Shown piece by piece: positions 60,170 to 64,000 of a stretch of 64,000 nucleotides of DNA; within the stretch, counting starts at the first letter, position 1; each line of letters opens with the position of its first letter. The notes below the pieces were generated by a model, which was not told the DNA's origin, made no database searches, and was given only the letters and a program-made list of their open reading frames with translations. The stretch spans positions 203,174,001-203,238,000 of the forward strand of contig CM097882.1 in assembly GCA_044892505.1 (NCBI GenBank), in the 5' to 3' direction. Both the position numbers and the translations under genes were made by a program. The stretch comes from Schmidtea nova. Its lineage: Eukaryota.

Positions 60170-61208
60170 TTAATTTACGAAAATGTAATGTCAAATGTGT
60201 TTTTGAATCTTTTGGAAAATTTATTAATTTACCACTATCGTCACGGATATTTATTTCTATATTGTTTATACATGAGGTAGAAATAGGTAAATACATTGGA
60301 TTATCCATTACTATTTGTACAACTTCATCCTGTTCATATTTGTCGATCCATACAGATTTCAGTAGAGGAACCAGAGAATCACCGACAATTATTGGTTCGA
60401 TAATGTTACTGTAAATGAACATTTGTTGATGATGATTAAATAATTTGGCTTTGCGAATTCCTTTAACTTCTCTATCTTGATATTTTTCATATTTTAATCC
60501 AAGTGTATTGATTAGTTTTTGATCAAATATAACTTCTTTAACTTCATCTTTCAGTTTAAATTTGAATACATTGTCAATAATTTCAACACCTTTAAATATA
60601 TGAGAACAGAAAAATGTCAAATAATTATATAAATCTTCAACTTTTGTCATGTATATTTCGTCTTGGAATTCATAAAGTAAATCTGTTTCTAAATCATAAC
60701 TTATTGATATATGCATTTTCTCTGATGAATAATCAGAAGGAAAAAGCATTTTATAAGTTGAATTGTTGCTAATGATTTTTAATTCATTAAACCCAAATTT
60801 ATTCGCATCTTCTATATTTTCAAACTTAAAATAAAATGGTGTTATATCACAATTTATATGTAAATATATTTTATCTAGATGTAATTCAACTTTATCATTC
60901 AAATATTGAGTATCTTCATAATTAGTTTGAACTTTAAAGTAGTCATTTACAGTTTCAGTTGTCACTGTCGTGTAGTAAATTTTGCATTGGCTGTAATAAG
61001 GAAATTTGTTATATACAAATGTGAAATCTTGCAATGCAACTTCCCAATTACCACGTAAATAAATTGGATTTTGTAAATTGATCATGAATTTACTAGCTTG
61101 ATTATCTGGATGAATTAATGGGCAACTATTACTTGGTAAAATCATATAAAAGTTCATTTTACTAGATCTTTGGCTGATATCCATGATGGGTTTTGATATC
61201 CATGCCAT
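60162..61208 (-). CDS. Minor capsid (penton) protein, intact
   Basis: 348 aa; position between integrase and MCP block; LPSNSC, WEVAL, IEINIRDD motifs. Confidence 0.8.
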   Translation of the reverse strand: MAWISKPIMDISQRSSKMNFYMILPSNSCPLIHPDNQASKFMINLQNPIYLRGNWEVALQDFTFVYNKFPYYSQCKIYYTTVTTETVNDYFKVQTNYEDTQYLNDKVELHLDKIYLHINCDITPFYFKFENIEDANKFGFNELKIISNNSTYKMLFPSDYSSEKMHISISYDLETDLLYEFQDEIYMTKVEDLYNYLTFFCSHIFKGVEIIDNVFKFKLKDEVKEVIFDQKLINTLGLKYEKYQDREVKGIRKAKLFNHHQQMFIYSNIIEPIIVGDSLVPLLKSVWIDKYEQDEVVQIVMDNPMYLPISTSCINNIEINIRDDSGKLINFPKDSKTHLTLHFRKLND

Positions 61209-62220
61209 TTGACATAATATTGTTTATCTTTACCCACTATTTTAGTTTTTAAAATTTTTTCAATTCTAAATACTGTTAGTGGGGGAATAACTTGCAATTC
61301 TTGCTCGTAAAATTTACCACTAACTACATTATTTTCAGAATCAGAAATAACATACATGACAGGATCTTGGCTAGTATTAATTTTTGAGATCTGAAATACC
61401 TCATCACTCCAATTACTATCAAAATTCTTGATGAATGGTGAAGCAGATATTTTACTAATCCTAACATGATCACCAACTTTATATTTAGGTTTTTTCATTT
61501 TCGATTTTTCTTTGCGAGATAATAAAATCTTTGCTGTATTTTTTATTGAAACATCAACTGGTCTCATTCCCTTTAATCCTATATGCGGTGAATGATTATA
61601 ACTATGAATAATCTTTGGTAAAACATTAATGTATGTTTTATTCCCTTGATGCACAAAATACTTTTTCAATTTTTCTCTTAATGTACGATTAAATCTTTCA
61701 ACATGCGCTGCTTTGAATTGTGAAAATACCGAGTAATGATTTATTCCCTTTAAAATTTCTTTAACTTTGCTATTGTAAAATTCTTTACCTAAATTAAAAA
61801 TTAAATTTAATTTAATTAATTAATTTTCTTACCTAAATCAGTTTGTAAGTTTTTCGGCTGCCCATCAGCAAACAATGTTTTGATTGCCACTGCCATTTCA
61901 TTAGCAGATTTAGTTTTGGTAGGAATAGCACGAGCAAATCTACTGAAAACATCGATACATGTTAAGATATACTTATATCCCTTGTTAATATTCGAATAGG
62001 GAATCATTTCCATCAAATCCATTTGCCACAAGTCATTAATACCATATGTTTTATATGCTCTTGTTGGAAATCGTTTCAATGCTGGTTTGTTTAGACTGTA
62101 TGCCAGTTGCCCCGATAACCATTTTTGAGTCTCTTTTTTCGAGTTTGGGACTTTTTTCTTTAGCTTTTCGACTCCACCGAAACCGGCGGGATCTTTTGGG
62201 TTCGTCCAAATCTTCTCCAT
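61154..62220 (-). CDS. Chromo-integrase; exons 62220-61833 and 61788-61154, 340 aa
   Basis: 44-nt GTAAG..TTTAG intron 61832-61789; splicing restores LQTDLGKEFYN. Confidence 0.9.
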
Positions 62221-62284
62221 TACAACAAGTAGATTTAAAATTCAATGTAAGATTAGCTAAATAACTCAAAGGAGTTTGTCCCAT
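62051..62284 (-). CDS. Overprinted MGQ/CC ORF, homolog of 3448-3669
   Basis: Same frame relationship to the integrase. Confidence 0.6.
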   Translation of the reverse strand: MGQTPLSYLANLTLNFKSTCCNGEDLDEPKRSRRFRWSRKAKEKSPKLEKRDSKMVIGATGIQSKQTSIETISNKSI

Positions 62285-62287
62285 TGT

Positions 62288-62824
62288 TTATGTTTGTTGT
62301 CCTAATAAACCAACTCCTCCTAACAAAGATAATGCTAATGGTAATAATGCAGCAATAAATCCTCCTTGTTGTTTATATATGATTTTGCGCATTTGTTTCC
62401 GACTTTTAGTATTTACAAGTGATAACAATGGTTTCTTGTGTTTGTTTAGAACTTTTTTATTTGATTTACTTATATTAATTTTACCTTTGACGATTTTAAC
62501 TATAACATCAAGTAAATCATCAATAACATAATTTGGAAACGATTGTAAAATACTAATTCTTTTAATACTAGGTGCCTTAAGTAATGCATTGAAAAATGGG
62601 AAACTACGATGATTTGATGTTTTTATTTCATTTTCAATTTTTTCTAAAGATTCTTTTGGTTTCAGATTATGTGAAATAAGATTCTTTGCAGGAATATTTT
62701 CAGTAATAAGTTTCTTCGGTGACGTGTAACTAGTCTTTGGTGGTACTTTAGTTTAACGTTTCTTTTTAAAAACTTTTTTAATTTTAGGCGACTTTAATAT
62801 CTTTGTGCGTGATTTTAAAAACAT
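62288..62824 (-). pseudogene. Basic pX-like protein, homolog of 3673-4191, with one in-frame stop (62753-62755)
   Basis: Manual translation: MFLKSRTK..KKR*..HRSFPFFNALLKAPS..KQQGGFIAALLPLALSLLGG. Confidence 0.75.
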
Positions 62825-62844
62825 TATTGATGTAATTTATTATT

Positions 62845-63468
62845 TCAACTTTGTTTATAAATCATTGCACCTTCTTTATTGAAAATATCGGTACTAACTC
62901 GTAATTCATCAGGACATTGTTGTGTGAAATCCAGAAAAATATACCCATGTGGAATTTGAGTTGCATCTTGAAATGCATCAATTAAAAAACTACGATTATT
63001 AGGGTAAGCTTGTCTTGCAAGAAAATCAATAACTGTTGCATCTCTGGGATTTTTAAAAACAACTAGATATTGAACATTTAAATTACGAGTTCGATGAGCT
63101 CCACCTTGATGAAATAAATTCTGAGTAATAAAAATAACTGTAACTCCTTTATGTCTAGCTATTTTCGTGAATAAATTATTAAAGTCCTTTTCTTTATTAG
63201 CTTCTTGATACAAATCATCAATAATAATAACATCACCTTGTCGTAATCTAGATGACCAGTTTTTATCAAATCCTTTAATTGTTGTCATTTTTATCTTACA
63301 AAATTGGTCTTGTGTCAAACCATGTTCATCATCAGCTCCCCGGTGCCAATATATTTTATTAAATTTTGATTTAAACATATTTGATTGTAATAATTTACAA
63401 ACAAACAATGTTTTCCCACTTCCACTTGGACCAACAATTTGATATACTGCGTCGTTTCTCAATTCCAT
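62845..63468 (-). CDS. Genome packaging ATPase
   Basis: GPSGSGKT, IIIDD; closely similar to 4212-4835. Confidence 0.92.
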   Translation of the reverse strand: MELRNDAVYQIVGPSGSGKTLFVCKLLQSNMFKSKFNKIYWHRGADDEHGLTQDQFCKIKMTTIKGFDKNWSSRLRQGDVIIIDDLYQEANKEKDFNNLFTKIARHKGVTVIFITQNLFHQGGAHRTRNLNVQYLVVFKNPRDATVIDFLARQAYPNNRSFLIDAFQDATQIPHGYIFLDFTQQCPDELRVSTDIFNKEGAMIYKQS

Positions 63469-63559
63469 TTAATATATTAAAGAAATTGTTATTGTTTATA
63501 TTTGTTTTAATTAATTGTTCTACACGAATAAAAAATATTTAAATTTTATTACATCATAA

Positions 63560-64000
63560 ATGCTGACCAACATAAATTATAAAGGTAAATGCTCAGTTTC
63601 GCACATGAAATTTCCAATGAAGAAACCACAACAAATTGTCGATAGAAGTGGAAAGTATCCGATTTTATTTTTCAAATCAGGTAAATGTCGAATAATGGGG
63701 TGCAAAAAACCTTTAAAAATTGAAGATTTACAATATCCAATTGAAGATATTCAAATTCAATCAATTACAGTAACTGCAGATATAGGATCCCGTGTTAATT
63801 TAAATTTATTATTGAAGAAAACTAATTGTGTTTATGAACCAGAAATATTTCCAGCTTTGAGATATTCTAAATTTAATCCATTATGTGTAAACGTTTTTGC
63901 AAGTGGCAAAGTAGTAATACTTGGTATTAAAACCTTGGATTATCATGAATTGGTTGAACAAATTATTAACGAAATAAAATCGATGAATGAGGAGGAAGAT
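63560..64000 (+). CDS. TBP-like protein of Polinton B (runs off the window; absent from ORF track)
   Basis: Manual translation MLTNINYKGK..KFP..LFFKSGK..YEPEIFPALRY..NVFASGKVVILG. Confidence 0.8.
   Translation, partial: MLTNINYKGKCSVSHMKFPMKKPQQIVDRSGKYPILFFKSGKCRIMGCKKPLKIEDLQYPIEDIQIQSITVTADIGSRVNLNLLLKKTNCVYEPEIFPALRYSKFNPLCVNVFASGKVVILGIKTLDYHELVEQIINEIKSMNEEED

Larger units (their letters stand above)
42967..64000. mobile_element. Polinton/Maverick B (left end to beyond window), interrupted by a Gypsy element
   Basis: Terminus AGTAGATAGTTATGAGGAGC at 42967; pPolB, protease, MCP, penton, integrase, ATPase present. Confidence 0.93.

Overview
AT-rich eukaryotic (animal; the 39-52 nt introns would fit a flatworm, but the host is inferred) transposon cluster with no intact host gene. 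It is dominated by Polinton/Maverick (adintovirus-like) elements. These are: the right end of one copy (1-214) abutting the capsid gene of a sibling, Polinton A (215-8938); a terminal fragment C (from 14422); a probable terminus D (ending 33362); and Polinton B (42967 to beyond the window). A and B are syntenic: MCP, pVI-like, penton, chromo-integrase, basic pX-like, packaging ATPase, and a divergent TBP-like gene. B also shows pPolB, an exonuclease-like ORF and the protease. Several Polinton genes carry tiny GT-AG introns that the ORF track misses. The MCP of B is split by an apparently intact, very young Gypsy (CsRn1-like) element (51625-59448). Its identical LTRs consist almost entirely of captured host sequence, including the 5' end of NOMO. 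Its first ORF reads signal peptide/NOMO - low-complexity linker - hydrophobic segment - ubiquitin-like domain ending GG - Gag; this is the most unusual system in the window. The middle of the window holds decayed Gypsy and NeSL-like LINE remnants, a Merlin transposon, a deleted Tc1, piggyBac and hAT MITEs and a dead PP4 catalytic-subunit fragment. All protein identities come from motif recognition by eye; no searches were run.
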